A stretch of 64,000 nt of DNA, from positions 12,871 through 76,870 of the forward strand of contig JAACPE010000003.1 of the NCBI GenBank assembly GCA_009995595.1. Reading direction: 5' to 3'. Origin of the DNA: Alphaproteobacteria bacterium. GTDB taxonomy: Bacteria; Pseudomonadota; Alphaproteobacteria; Micavibrionales; Micavibrionaceae. Below are positions 38,576 through 47,896 of this stretch, one piece after another. The translations under genes and the position numbers were made by a program. Every line of letters starts with the position of its first letter. Position 1 is the stretch's first letter. A model generated the notes under the pieces. The model searched no databases and was not told the DNA's origin. It saw only the letters and a program-made list of their open reading frames with translations.

Positions 38576-39259
38576 TTACGCCGCTTTGGTCTTTTTGATA
38601 TTCACAGGGACATTCATTCCTGCAAATTCGGCCTTGTTCATGTGGTCATGGATATGGGCGATCAAATCATCGGTCTTATCATGGAAGAAATGATTTGCCC
38701 CGCCAATTGTGCGGTAATCAAGATCAATTCCTTTTTGCTCATCTAGTTTTTCAACGAGCTTTAATGTCGATTCCTCAGAAATGAAATCATCGCGCTCCCC
38801 GCGAATAATCAGTCCTGATGATGGGCATGGCGCAAGGAAGCTAAAATCATATTGATGGGTTGGCGGCGCAACAGAGATAAAACCCTCAATCTCTGGACGG
38901 CGCATCAAAAGCTGCATGCCGATCCACGCACCAAAGGAAAAGCCCCCAATCCAGACATAGGGTGCATTTTTATTTAATTCCTGCATCCAATCGAGCGCGC
39001 AAGCCGCATCAGACAGCTCACCCTCACCACGATCAAAAACCCCTTGAGAATTACCAACACCGCGAAAGTTAAAACGTAAGACTGAAAAACCACGATCTTT
39101 CATGGCCTGAAACATCATATAGGTGATACGGTTATTCATCGTACCGCCGCGCTCAGGATCTGAGTGTAACACCATCGCAAGCGGCGCATTGGGTGTTTTT
39201 GAGTGATGGTAACGGCCTTCGAGGCGGCCTGCAGGTCCATTAAAGATAATCTCTGGCAT
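38576..39259 (-). CDS. Alpha/beta hydrolase
   Basis: 227 aa with the nucleophile elbow GFSFGA. Confidence 0.8.
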   Translation of the reverse strand: MPEIIFNGPAGRLEGRYHHSKTPNAPLAMVLHSDPERGGTMNNRITYMMFQAMKDRGFSVLRFNFRGVGNSQGVFDRGEGELSDAACALDWMQELNKNAPYVWIGGFSFGAWIGMQLLMRRPEIEGFISVAPPTHQYDFSFLAPCPSSGLIIRGERDDFISEESTLKLVEKLDEQKGIDLDYRTIGGANHFFHDKTDDLIAHIHDHMNKAEFAGMNVPVNIKKTKAA

Positions 39260-39387
39260 TGATAAAGCTTCCCAATAGTAAAACTGTTAATTTATTCGTT
39301 ATTTTATGGTAATGATATATACAAATGAAAAACAAAAGTCTATTTTTATCTTATAAGCCTTTGATATAATTGTGAATAATTGATGTT

Positions 39388-40485
39388 ATGCCCATTTATC
39401 TAGATTACAACGCCACCGCGCCCATGCGTCCAGAAGTCCGTGATTTGGTTATTCGTGTCATGGAAGGCGTGGGTAATGGCTCATCCGTCCATGCCTATGG
39501 CCGCGCTGCACGAAAATATATTGAAGACGCCCGCGCCCAAGTGGCCGATCTATGCGTCGCAACCCCTGAGCAAGTGACCTTTACCAGCGGCGCGACAGAA
39601 AGCATTAACACCGTCCTTCATCATTTTCGCGGTAAGCGCATTTTGGTCTCAAGTATCGAACACCCCGCCGTTTTACAATCGGCGCCCGATAGCGAGCAAA
39701 TCCCCGTTACTACAAATGGCGTGATTGATTTAAATGCGCTTGAGGCGTTATTGAAAGCAGAGCCAACCGCGCTTGTTTGCGTCATGCTGGTTAATAGTGA
39801 AACAGGCGTGATCCAGCCCGTCGCCGAGGCCGCGCAATTAGCACATGATCACGGCGCACTTTTATTCGTAGACGCCGTGCAGGCCGCAGGGCGCATTAAT
39901 ATCTCTCTCAACAAACTCGGCGCAGATTACATGGCGCTGTCAGCGCATAAAATGGCAGGGCCGCAAGGCGTTGGTGCGCTCATCACGAAATCAGGATTAG
40001 AGACTCCGCGCTTTATGCTTGGCGGAGGCCAAGAGAAAAATTGCCGCGCAGGGACGCATAATACCGCAGGGATTGCAGGCATGGGTTTGGCCGCGCAGAT
40101 CGCAAAAGATAGCATCACGCACTATGATGAAACCATTACAAAAATGCGCGATGACATGGAAGAAAAAATCCGCGCGCTCACCAATGGCATTAAAATTTAT
40201 GGCGATCATATGCCGCGTGTCGGTAATACATCAAATATCGGCCTTCACGGCGTACCCGCACAAACGCAAATGATGGCGCTTGATCTTGATGGCATTGCTG
40301 TATCCAGCGGATCAGCATGCTCTAGCGGTTCTTTTAAGCCCTCGCACGTGCTCACCGCCATGGGCGCCGATGAAAGCGAGGCCAAAAGTGCCTTGCGCAT
40401 TTCGATGGGGTGGAATACAACGCAACACGATATAGATACGTTTTTAAACAGCTACACCAAGATCATAAAAAGAACACAAGCATAA
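39388..40485 (+). CDS. Cysteine desulfurase (class V aminotransferase, NifS/IscS-like)
   Basis: PLP-Lys motif SAHKMAGPQG and catalytic-Cys loop SSGSACSSG. Confidence 0.9.
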   Translation: MPIYLDYNATAPMRPEVRDLVIRVMEGVGNGSSVHAYGRAARKYIEDARAQVADLCVATPEQVTFTSGATESINTVLHHFRGKRILVSSIEHPAVLQSAPDSEQIPVTTNGVIDLNALEALLKAEPTALVCVMLVNSETGVIQPVAEAAQLAHDHGALLFVDAVQAAGRINISLNKLGADYMALSAHKMAGPQGVGALITKSGLETPRFMLGGGQEKNCRAGTHNTAGIAGMGLAAQIAKDSITHYDETITKMRDDMEEKIRALTNGIKIYGDHMPRVGNTSNIGLHGVPAQTQMMALDLDGIAVSSGSACSSGSFKPSHVLTAMGADESEAKSALRISMGWNTTQHDIDTFLNSYTKIIKRTQA

Positions 40486-40494
40486 GGAAGACCA

Positions 40495-40833
40495 ATGCCA
40501 AAAATTCATTTCATCATGAAAGACGCAAGCACCAAGGACGTCGATGCCCCTCTTGGCTTATCCCTCATGGAAGTTGCTGTGAAAGAGAAGATTGAGGCCA
40601 TTGAGGGCGCATGTGGCGGCGGCTTGGCCTGTGCCACCTGTCATCTTTATGTTGATCCCAAGTTTAAAGATAAAACCATGCCGATTGACGGCGAGATTTC
40701 CGAAGACGAAGAAGACATGCTCGACCTCGCCTTCGATGTGCGAGATGAATCACGCCTATGCTGTCAGATTATTATCACGGAAGACCTAGACGGCCTTAGA
40801 GTGGCAATGCCGGGCGCTGAGGTAGAGTGGTAG
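40495..40833 (+). CDS. fdx: Adrenodoxin-type 2Fe-2S ferredoxin
   Basis: CGGGLACATCH plus the downstream C in LCCQI. 112 aa. Confidence 0.9.
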   Translation: MPKIHFIMKDASTKDVDAPLGLSLMEVAVKEKIEAIEGACGGGLACATCHLYVDPKFKDKTMPIDGEISEDEEDMLDLAFDVRDESRLCCQIIITEDLDGLRVAMPGAEVEW

Positions 40834-40852
40834 ATATACTGCTTAAAGCCTC

Positions 40853-41878
40853 TTAGTTAGGTCGCTTATTATCTTGCCTAATATCTGCACAGACACCGCA
40901 TGCTTTTTTACCAACCTCTATGATTTTTTCATTCTGCCCTTTTCGAATTTCTTGCCAGCCCAGTATCTTTTCAGGTGTTACATAATTAAAAAGAGGGTCG
41001 CCACTCCAAACACCCGATGACTGCCTGTCTGCTTTTTTGCTTCCGCCCAGATGTATTAAAGTCCCGCCCAAAGCTTCTTTTTGGCCCCATTGTTTTAGCA
41101 TTACTTCGTCAGCATCCGGGTTAGAGCCCATAGGTAAACATACATATACTCTATTCATCCATTGTAAATGTGAGGTTGCATCAAAGGCTTTTTCAAAGGG
41201 GCGCATTTCTATTTCACTTGTAATATGGCCTTTTGATTTTTGGCGTAAAAAATGACTATATATATTTTGTAAAACCTGTGGATCTGGATGCGTGAACACA
41301 ATTTTTTGTGCCGCCCCTTTTCTGTTATTGCTTAAATACTTCACGATATTTTCTGTAAGATCATCAGGCTTTGATCTGGATTTATCGGAATTAACAACAA
41401 CTAAAACGGTATCCGCTCCAGTTTGTTGTGATAACTCATGTGCACAAGCCTCATAAAAGGCAGGCTTTAAGTTATACGTAACAATGTTCCTTACCAGACC
41501 ATTGTCATGGATGATACTTCTATAGAAACGATTAAATTCTGTCGCTAAAGCTGGTGCTCTATCATGCCATTCACGATAAGCCCCTTTAAATTGCGATACA
41601 ATTTGGCTCTCACCTCTCGTGCGACTAATAAGACCAGTGACATAGGTAAGCATATGTTTGTAGGCATCTCTTCCCGTATAGACAACAACACCTTCATGAT
41701 TTTCAGGCAAAAAGCGTAAAGCATCGATACGGCCTAACAAAACTTCTCTTCTGCATCCTTTAAGATACATTAAATCTTGTTCGTCGCGTAACCGTCTAAA
41801 TTCATCAGAGAAAGACTGCGGTTTGATATCAAGCAATACTAGCTCTCTGGTGACAGGTTTTTTTTCTCTAATGTTCAT
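40853..41878 (-). CDS. Divergent glutamyl-tRNA reductase (HemA)-like protein lacking the NADPH glycine loop
   Basis: The following segments align by eye to GluTR motifs: YLKGCRREVLL to STCNRxEiY (catalytic Cys), TRGESQIVSQFKGAY to GExQILGQVKxA, and TVLVVVNSDKS to the VLViGAGEMG position, with no Gly. The start at ATG 41878 follows an AAGGA Shine-Dalgarno. The gene looks AT-rich compared with its neighbours. Confidence 0.5.
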   Translation of the reverse strand: MNIREKKPVTRELVLLDIKPQSFSDEFRRLRDEQDLMYLKGCRREVLLGRIDALRFLPENHEGVVVYTGRDAYKHMLTYVTGLISRTRGESQIVSQFKGAYREWHDRAPALATEFNRFYRSIIHDNGLVRNIVTYNLKPAFYEACAHELSQQTGADTVLVVVNSDKSRSKPDDLTENIVKYLSNNRKGAAQKIVFTHPDPQVLQNIYSHFLRQKSKGHITSEIEMRPFEKAFDATSHLQWMNRVYVCLPMGSNPDADEVMLKQWGQKEALGGTLIHLGGSKKADRQSSGVWSGDPLFNYVTPEKILGWQEIRKGQNEKIIEVGKKACGVCADIRQDNKRPN

Positions 41879-42203
41879 TAATTTTATCCTTGTGAAGGAC
41901 AAATTATCTTTATTTAAGAAATATGTCAATAAAAAGTACTTTTTAATGATTATATTCCTATAAATAGTCACACTATTCAGTTATACTTTGTACATGTAAA
42001 CACCCCCGCAAAACGCATCACCCCGCTCCTATCCCCCCAAAAAACGAACTAAACGAGAATCGTTTTATATCAAGGGCTTCACCCCCCACCCTATGCTTGT
42101 CAGCCGAACGAACTAAAGGAAGCATTACGCGCGCGTTAAATCAGGACCAAATCGTATCGTTTTTCTTGCTTTTTGGGCACTCTTGCCCTTATAAAAGGCC
42201 ATA

Positions 42204-43361
42204 ATGAATAGTTTAGGCATCAACAAAGACCCAAAAGACACACGCGTTGTCGTCGCCATGAGCGGCGGCGTTGATAGCTCTGTCACGGCTGCGCTGCTCC
42301 ATGAGCAAGGTTATGATGTTGTGGGTGTCACGCTCCAACTTTATGATTACGGCAAAGCGGTGGAGCGCAAAGGCGCGTGCTGCGCGGGCCAGGATATCTA
42401 TGATGCCAAGCGCGTCGCCGAAGAAAAAGGCTTCCCGCATTATGTCCTCAATTACGAGGATAATTTCCGTGAAAGTGTCATGGATGATTTCGCCGATAGT
42501 TATATGAAAGGCGAAACGCCAATCCCTTGCGTGCGCTGTAACCAAACCGTCAAATTCCGTGACCTGTTCAAGGTCGCCCAAGATTTAGGCGCCGATTGTA
42601 TGGCAACAGGGCATTACATTAAGCGCGTTATCAACGAGCAAACAGGCCAAGCCGAGCTGCACCGCGCGGTTGATGGCGGCAAAGATCAAAGCTATTTCCT
42701 TTTTGCCACAACGCAAGACCAGCTTAACTTCTTACGCTTTCCCCTTGGCGCGTGGACAAAAGATGTTACGCGCGAGCATGCGCAGCGCCTCGGCCTTTTG
42801 GTTTGTGACAAACCCGATAGCCAGGACATTTGCTTTGTTCCCAATGGCGATTATGCCTCTGTCGTTAAGAAAATAAGACCAGAGGCCGAAAAGCATGGCA
42901 CGATCGTGGATATGAACGGCGCGGTCATGGGCGCGCATCAAGGCGTTATTCATTACACCATCGGACAGCGCCGCGGCCTTGGTATTGGCGGGGGTCATAA
43001 TGATGACAACTCCCCTTTTTATGTCGTTAAAGTTGACCCGATTGCCAACCAAGTCATTGTTGGCCCAAAAGAGGCTCTTGCTCGTGACATTATAACGATT
43101 AATCAATGCAATTGGCTGATTGAAATCCCTCATGATGGCCTTGATGTCATGGTGAAATTGCGCTCAGTCAGTAAGCCCTCACCTGCGCGCCTGCACAATA
43201 ACGCCGATGGTACCGCCCAGATCCACTTGCAAAACCCACAATACGGTATTGCGCCCGGTCAGGCCGGCGTTTGTTATGGCGTCGACGACATGGATGACCG
43301 CGTTTTAGGCGGCGGCTGGATTATCGAAAGCCAAAATTCATCGATGCCGATTGCCGCTTGA
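42204..43361 (+). CDS. mnmA: tRNA 2-thiouridine(34) synthase
   Basis: PP-loop [10 protein letters not shown] and conserved Cys residues (PCVRCN, DICF). 385 aa. Confidence 0.95.
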   Translation: MNSLGINKDPKDTRVVVAMSGGVDSSVTAALLHEQGYDVVGVTLQLYDYGKAVERKGACCAGQDIYDAKRVAEEKGFPHYVLNYEDNFRESVMDDFADSYMKGETPIPCVRCNQTVKFRDLFKVAQDLGADCMATGHYIKRVINEQTGQAELHRAVDGGKDQSYFLFATTQDQLNFLRFPLGAWTKDVTREHAQRLGLLVCDKPDSQDICFVPNGDYASVVKKIRPEAEKHGTIVDMNGAVMGAHQGVIHYTIGQRRGLGIGGGHNDDNSPFYVVKVDPIANQVIVGPKEALARDIITINQCNWLIEIPHDGLDVMVKLRSVSKPSPARLHNNADGTAQIHLQNPQYGIAPGQAGVCYGVDDMDDRVLGGGWIIESQNSSMPIAA

Positions 43362-43406
43362 CAAAAAGGCGGCTTATAGGCCATAACTTCGCAACAAAAT
43401 ATCCGT

Positions 43407-43482
43407 GGCGGTGTAGCTCAGTGGTTAGAGCAGAGGAATCATAATCCTTGTGTCCGGAGTTCAAATCTCTGCACCGCCACCA
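43407..43482 (+). tRNA. tRNA with CAU anticodon (elongator Met; a lysidine-modified Ile2 cannot be excluded)
   Basis: Hand-folded cloverleaf: acceptor GGCGGTG/CACCGCC, D arm GCTC-AGTGGTTA-GAGC, anticodon arm GAGGA-ATCATAA-TCCTT, T arm CGGAG-TTCAAAT-CTCTG, discriminator A and an encoded CCA. Total 76 nt. There is no 1:72 mismatch and no GGG/CCC anticodon stem, so it is not an initiator. Confidence 0.9.
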
Positions 43483-43599
43483 ATTTTCTTATTTAATTTC
43501 AATTCTCTATGTCTTTTTAGCCGCAAGACGGAAATACAATTTTTCGTCCAAGGTAACATATGGGTAACAAAACTTTCTTTAATGAAGTAAAAAGGTTGT

Positions 43600-44667
43600 A
43601 TGCGCACAACAGAAGAAGAAAACATAGGTATTTTAAAAACCATCTGGAAAAAGGGTGAAAATGGCTCTTGGTCTGGTCATGATTTGCAAGGAATTGATCT
43701 AAAACCTCGTGAAGGATTTGAAAAGGACTATTTCAAAATCGAAAGTGAAATGACCCTAATGACTCAAAGTCCTGGTCCTATTATGGACAATCTCTTCGCA
43801 ACATTTGGTATGACTGAATTTTTAGTTCGACAAAGTATCGTGCCTATCGTTGCGTGGAATGATGGTGATAAAGAAATGCGTTGTATCGGCACGGGTTTTT
43901 TTATTAGTGCTTCGGGTTTACTTCTAACTGCGGCACACGTAATTCGTGATCCAGTTGATGAAAATTATACAAATCTAACGCAGGTTGGTGAAAAATCACA
44001 AAGACTTGGAAATGATTTGCGCTATGGAATTTTATTACCTGCCAACCCTGCAATGAAGGGCGCACCTTTTCTTAAGCCTTCACCAATGCATGATGCAAAA
44101 TGGTTTATGTGCCCGTTTGAATGGGCGCTTCACTGGGGTAAAGATCACGAAAGCCCTTTACCATCTCAAAAACCAGAATTTAAATTAGATATAGATATCG
44201 CGGTTTGTAAAGTAAGTGAACACGACTTCATAGGTCCCTATCAACCATTGAATATAGGATTACACAATCTAAAACTTGATGATAAAGCCGTGGCAATTGG
44301 TTACCCTGAAATGAGAAATATTCGACTAAACGGTGACGATTATCAACCTGAACTAACAGTTTCTGTTGGCTCGGTGACAGCCATTTATCATGATAACATT
44401 ACAGAAAAACAAAATTCAACGGACGGACCAAATTTTGAATTTAACGCAAAGATACCTGGCAAAATGAGCGGTAGTCCTATTTTAGTTGGTGGTGGAATTA
44501 TAACGAAAGGTGTTGTTAGTAGAAGCTTAGGTAGTGAAGCAAACCACGCTACTGGATGTTTGATTTCCTCTATGATGGAACTGCCTTTAATGAAAGGAAA
44601 AAGACTCTTAAATTTAATGGACGATGGCACAGAGGGTATTGCCAAGTTTGTAGGTAGTGGGCTTTAA
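43600..44667 (+). CDS. Trypsin-like (S1/PA clan) serine protease without a signal peptide
   Basis: Catalytic triad contexts GLLLTAAHV (His), DIDIAVCKV (Asp) and PGKMSGSPIL (Ser). There is an N-terminal extension of about 90 aa. The gene is AT-rich and lies directly after the tRNA. Confidence 0.75.
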   Translation: MRTTEEENIGILKTIWKKGENGSWSGHDLQGIDLKPREGFEKDYFKIESEMTLMTQSPGPIMDNLFATFGMTEFLVRQSIVPIVAWNDGDKEMRCIGTGFFISASGLLLTAAHVIRDPVDENYTNLTQVGEKSQRLGNDLRYGILLPANPAMKGAPFLKPSPMHDAKWFMCPFEWALHWGKDHESPLPSQKPEFKLDIDIAVCKVSEHDFIGPYQPLNIGLHNLKLDDKAVAIGYPEMRNIRLNGDDYQPELTVSVGSVTAIYHDNITEKQNSTDGPNFEFNAKIPGKMSGSPILVGGGIITKGVVSRSLGSEANHATGCLISSMMELPLMKGKRLLNLMDDGTEGIAKFVGSGL

Positions 44668-45249
44668 AGTTCCGCTAAGTGGAAGTGTCCTTTTGACCAT
44701 TATTCAAATTTAACCGATTGAAATACATAGGTTTTTTCATTATTAGCGCTTTTATCTATTTTTAGCACTGGCGCTAATTTTAAAAACTCATTGATTTTAC
44801 TGGGTTTTTTGTACTTTTTTATAAATTAGCACCCGTCTGGAAGGTGGTAAGACGCTTTTTTGTTTTTAAGCCATTGCCCTGAGACATTTACGAAAAAAAT
44901 ACGGGCATCAAGATTGTAATAATCAAAAAATGTTACAGGCACGCGCTAATCATTGTGAGCCATAATGGTATCAAAGAGGGTTTCTTCTAAAAAATAGTTA
45001 TAAGCTGTATTACTTGAACTTAATGACAGATAAAGTTATTTGCCCTGAGAGCTCCAGTAAAAAAAATCATATGTCACCTCAATAAATCCCCTAATCATAA
45101 TCTTGAGCGTCAGCCTCAATAATTACTGTTGTTTTAATTTTACAATGAGAGGTTTAGATTGATTTTATGCACGAGTCTTACAGAGACTGTCTCGTGAAAA
45201 CGCTCTACAGTTAATCGCAATTAATAGGGTTTTTTATATAATTCTCAGA

Positions 45250-46002
45250 TTAGAAAGACATAAAGAAGCCGCCATTGACCCCAAGATTGGTTCCAGAGAT
45301 ATAGCTAGCACGTTCATCGCAGAGCGCCAGAACGGCATAGGACACTTCCTCTGGTCTGGCCATACGCCCCATCGGCACGTGACCGACAATTTTATCAAGG
45401 ATTTCGGCATTCATTTGACCAACTGTCATATCCGTTTCAACATAACCGGGAGAGATTGTATTCACTGTTACGTTTTTGCGGGACATTTCCTGAGCTAAGG
45501 CCATTGTAAAACCATGCACCCCTGCCTTTGCGGCCGAATAGTTGGTTTGTCCAAACTGCCCCTTTTGCCCGTTAACAGAGGAGATATTTATAATACGCCC
45601 AAATTCATTGTCATGCATACCATCAATAAATTGCTTGGTGACGTTATAAACACCCGTCAAGTCAATATTAATAACAAGATTCCACATATCGGGTTCCATT
45701 TTACGCAAGGTTTTATCGCGTGTCACACCGGCACAATTAATTAGTGTATCAACAAAATCATGGTCTTTTTTGATGATTTCCGCCATTTTGACGCAAGAGT
45801 CAAAATCAGCAACATCCCCCGGAACAATGAAGACTCTGCCTTCATGTCCCGATTGATGTTTTTTGAGCCACTCCTGTGCGTGCTTTTCTTCAGCAGGATA
45901 GTAATTGGCTATCACCGTGTAGCCATTTTCAAGGAAATCCTTACAAATGGCTGATCCGATTCCGCCAACGCCACCAGTCACAAGAGCAGTTCTTTTTCTC
46001 AT
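45250..46002 (-). CDS. phaB: Acetoacetyl-CoA reductase
   Basis: TALVTGGVGGIGSAI and YSAAKAGVHGF motifs. The start is ATG 46002 after a GGAG Shine-Dalgarno; the ORF-track start is a TTG at 46017. Confidence 0.9.
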   Translation of the reverse strand: MRKRTALVTGGVGGIGSAICKDFLENGYTVIANYYPAEEKHAQEWLKKHQSGHEGRVFIVPGDVADFDSCVKMAEIIKKDHDFVDTLINCAGVTRDKTLRKMEPDMWNLVINIDLTGVYNVTKQFIDGMHDNEFGRIINISSVNGQKGQFGQTNYSAAKAGVHGFTMALAQEMSRKNVTVNTISPGYVETDMTVGQMNAEILDKIVGHVPMGRMARPEEVSYAVLALCDERASYISGTNLGVNGGFFMSF

Positions 46003-46017
46003 AATAAATCGCTCCAA

Positions 46018-46398
46018 TTACGCTGCTTTTTTCGCTACATTGGCAACAGAAGAGGCTGCTTTGTTGGCAGCATCCATGTTGGCTTCAAACATTTCCGCAT
46101 AGGATTTGCTTGCTTCAGCAAGAATGTCCGCGCAAGAGCGTGCTGATTTCATAATCTGTTTGCCTGTTTCTTCAGCCATAGCAGATTGCTTTTTCATGAT
46201 GTCCTGTGGATCTTTGGAAGAAGACATAGTTTCCATCATCTTTGCGCCATCAGCAGCCATTGATTTACAGAGATTCATTTGCTCTTGTATCAATTTCTCG
46301 CTCATACGCATGTTGTTTTCTGTCAGTTTTTTGATGGCTTCAAAAGAGGACTTGTTCCAGTTCATTAAATACTCGAATGCTTCGTTTGTGTTTGTCAT
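46018..46398 (-). CDS. phaP: Phasin-family PHA granule protein
   Basis: 126 aa, helical and rich in Ala/Glu/Lys/Met, sitting between phaR and phaB. Confidence 0.7.
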   Translation of the reverse strand: MTNTNEAFEYLMNWNKSSFEAIKKLTENNMRMSEKLIQEQMNLCKSMAADGAKMMETMSSSKDPQDIMKKQSAMAEETGKQIMKSARSCADILAEASKSYAEMFEANMDAANKAASSVANVAKKAA

Positions 46399-46420
46399 GA
46401 TATTCTCCTAAAAGTATGAG

Positions 46421-46443
46421 GCAACAATATTGTTGCACTGCAC
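46421..46443. promoter_or_regulatory. Candidate PhaR operator upstream of phaP
   Basis: The perfect 16-bp palindrome GCAACAATATTGTTGC (46421..46436) overlaps TGTTGCACTGCAC (46431..46443). The same TGTTGC-NN-TGCAC 13-mer recurs upstream of phaE. Confidence 0.45.
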
Positions 46444-46484
46444 AATAATAGAAGAAAAATAGAAAATTTCAAGGAAAATAAGGA

Positions 46485-47006
46485 TTATTTTTTAGTTTTT
46501 TTATCAGATTCTGTTGATTTGTCAGAATGCGCCCCAACCGATTTGAAGAAATTTTCCTGCATTTTCTGCCAAAAATCAAGGTTGCCTTGGGCAATATCAG
46601 TCAAAGTGTTGATAGCCTGTTTTCCGACCAGCTTGTCCATCTGATTCTGGAACAAATTCTGTTGCTCCGTGAAAAGTTTGAAATTGCGCTCCAGAAACTC
46701 TGAAAAAACGAGCCGTGTTCCCTCATCATAATGACGAATAAAATCGGAGAGCATATCCGTGGTAAAAAGCGGACGCTCCCCGCTTTCCTGCTCGATAATA
46801 ATCTGCACCAGGACGCTTCGGGTGATATCCTCGTCTGTCTGGGCATCCAGAACTTGAAAAGACTCTCCCCTGCGAATCAAAGCGAGAATATCAGAAAGGA
46901 CAATATACCGGCTTTCGGCTGTATCATACAGACGGCGATTGGCATATTTCTTAATGAGTCGGGGCTGATCAGACAATGAAAATTTAATCCATATGCTGTC
47001 CGCCAT
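46485..47006 (-). CDS. phaR: PHA synthesis repressor PhaR
   Basis: LIKKYANRRLYDT N-terminal motif. The likely start is ATG 47006 (MADSIW...), which overlaps the end of phaB2 by 23 nt. Confidence 0.85.
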   Translation of the reverse strand: MADSIWIKFSLSDQPRLIKKYANRRLYDTAESRYIVLSDILALIRRGESFQVLDAQTDEDITRSVLVQIIIEQESGERPLFTTDMLSDFIRHYDEGTRLVFSEFLERNFKLFTEQQNLFQNQMDKLVGKQAINTLTDIAQGNLDFWQKMQENFFKSVGAHSDKSTESDKKTKK

Positions 47007-47778
47007 TGGCGGCAATATTTGAGCCTGTGATAAAGCCAGATGAATCGGAGACAAGAAATTCAATGATATGCGCTATCTCTTCCGGCTTACCCAAACGACC
47101 CACTGGAATTTGTGCAATAATATTGTTACGCACATCTTCAGGCACGGCCATCACCATATCAGTGGCGATATATCCGGGGGAAATGGTGTTGACCGTAATA
47201 CCCTTGCGAGCGACCTCCTGAGCCAATGCCTTGGTAAATCCATGCATACCAGCTTTTGCAGCGGAATAGTTGGTTTGTCCGAACTGTCCTTTTTGGGCGT
47301 TAATTGAAGAAATATTGATGACACGGCCATAACCGCGATCCAGCATGCTTTCAATGACACACCGCGTGACATTGAAGACACTGTCTAGATTGCAGGTCAT
47401 CACATCACGCCATTGCTGGACATTCATTTTCTTAAATGTTGAATCCTTTGTAATACCAGCATTATTCACCAGAATATTGATAGGGCCGTAATCTTGCTCA
47501 ATCAGGGAGACCATGGACTGACAGGATGCAAAATCAGAAACATCACAGGCCTTTACAATCGGCTCATAGCCCATTTGGCGCATTTCCTCTTGCCATGCTT
47601 TTGCTTTTTCTTCGTTCCGGTAAGTTGTTATGACCAGACAGCCCATATCACACAGTTTTTTACAGATGGCAGAGCCTATTCCCCCTGTCCCTCCTGTCAC
47701 CAGAGCAATTTTACGAACGGGCTCAGCCTTGGGAGGAGCTTGGGTATCATTAGCAATTTTTTTGAGGGCTACGGTCAT
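46984..47778 (-). CDS. Second acetoacetyl-CoA reductase-like SDR
   Basis: IALVTGGTGGIGSAI and YSAAKAGMHGF motifs. It is a paralogue of the 45250..46002 product with a 20-aa N-terminal extension. Confidence 0.85.
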   Translation of the reverse strand: MTVALKKIANDTQAPPKAEPVRKIALVTGGTGGIGSAICKKLCDMGCLVITTYRNEEKAKAWQEEMRQMGYEPIVKACDVSDFASCQSMVSLIEQDYGPINILVNNAGITKDSTFKKMNVQQWRDVMTCNLDSVFNVTRCVIESMLDRGYGRVINISSINAQKGQFGQTNYSAAKAGMHGFTKALAQEVARKGITVNTISPGYIATDMVMAVPEDVRNNIIAQIPVGRLGKPEEIAHIIEFLVSDSSGFITGSNIAANGGQHMD

Positions 47779-47896
47779 GGGAAGGCGTCCTTTTTAAAAA
47801 AAAATTTAAATAAAAAATTTACAGGATGTTGATTTAGAAATACCTTACAAACACGCAGAAATGCAAGGAAAAAAGCTGTATGTAACGAATATAATA

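Noticed and set aside
43461-43643. 60-aa minus-strand ORF
   Set aside because: It overlaps the 3' end of the tRNA gene and the start of the protease gene, and its sequence is low-complexity.
45170-45205. Stem-loop CACGAG...CTCGTG downstream of phaB (minus strand) as a terminator
   Set aside because: The stem is imperfect, the loop is 15 nt and no U-tract follows on the minus strand. This is too weak to annotate.
43483-45249. Search for an integrase, IS element or direct repeat of the tRNA 3' end (att site) flanking the AT-rich islet
   Set aside because: There is no recombinase-like ORF. I saw only a 7-nt match (TTCAAAT) to the tRNA T-loop. This is insufficient to call a mobile element, so the region is reported only as a possible remnant.
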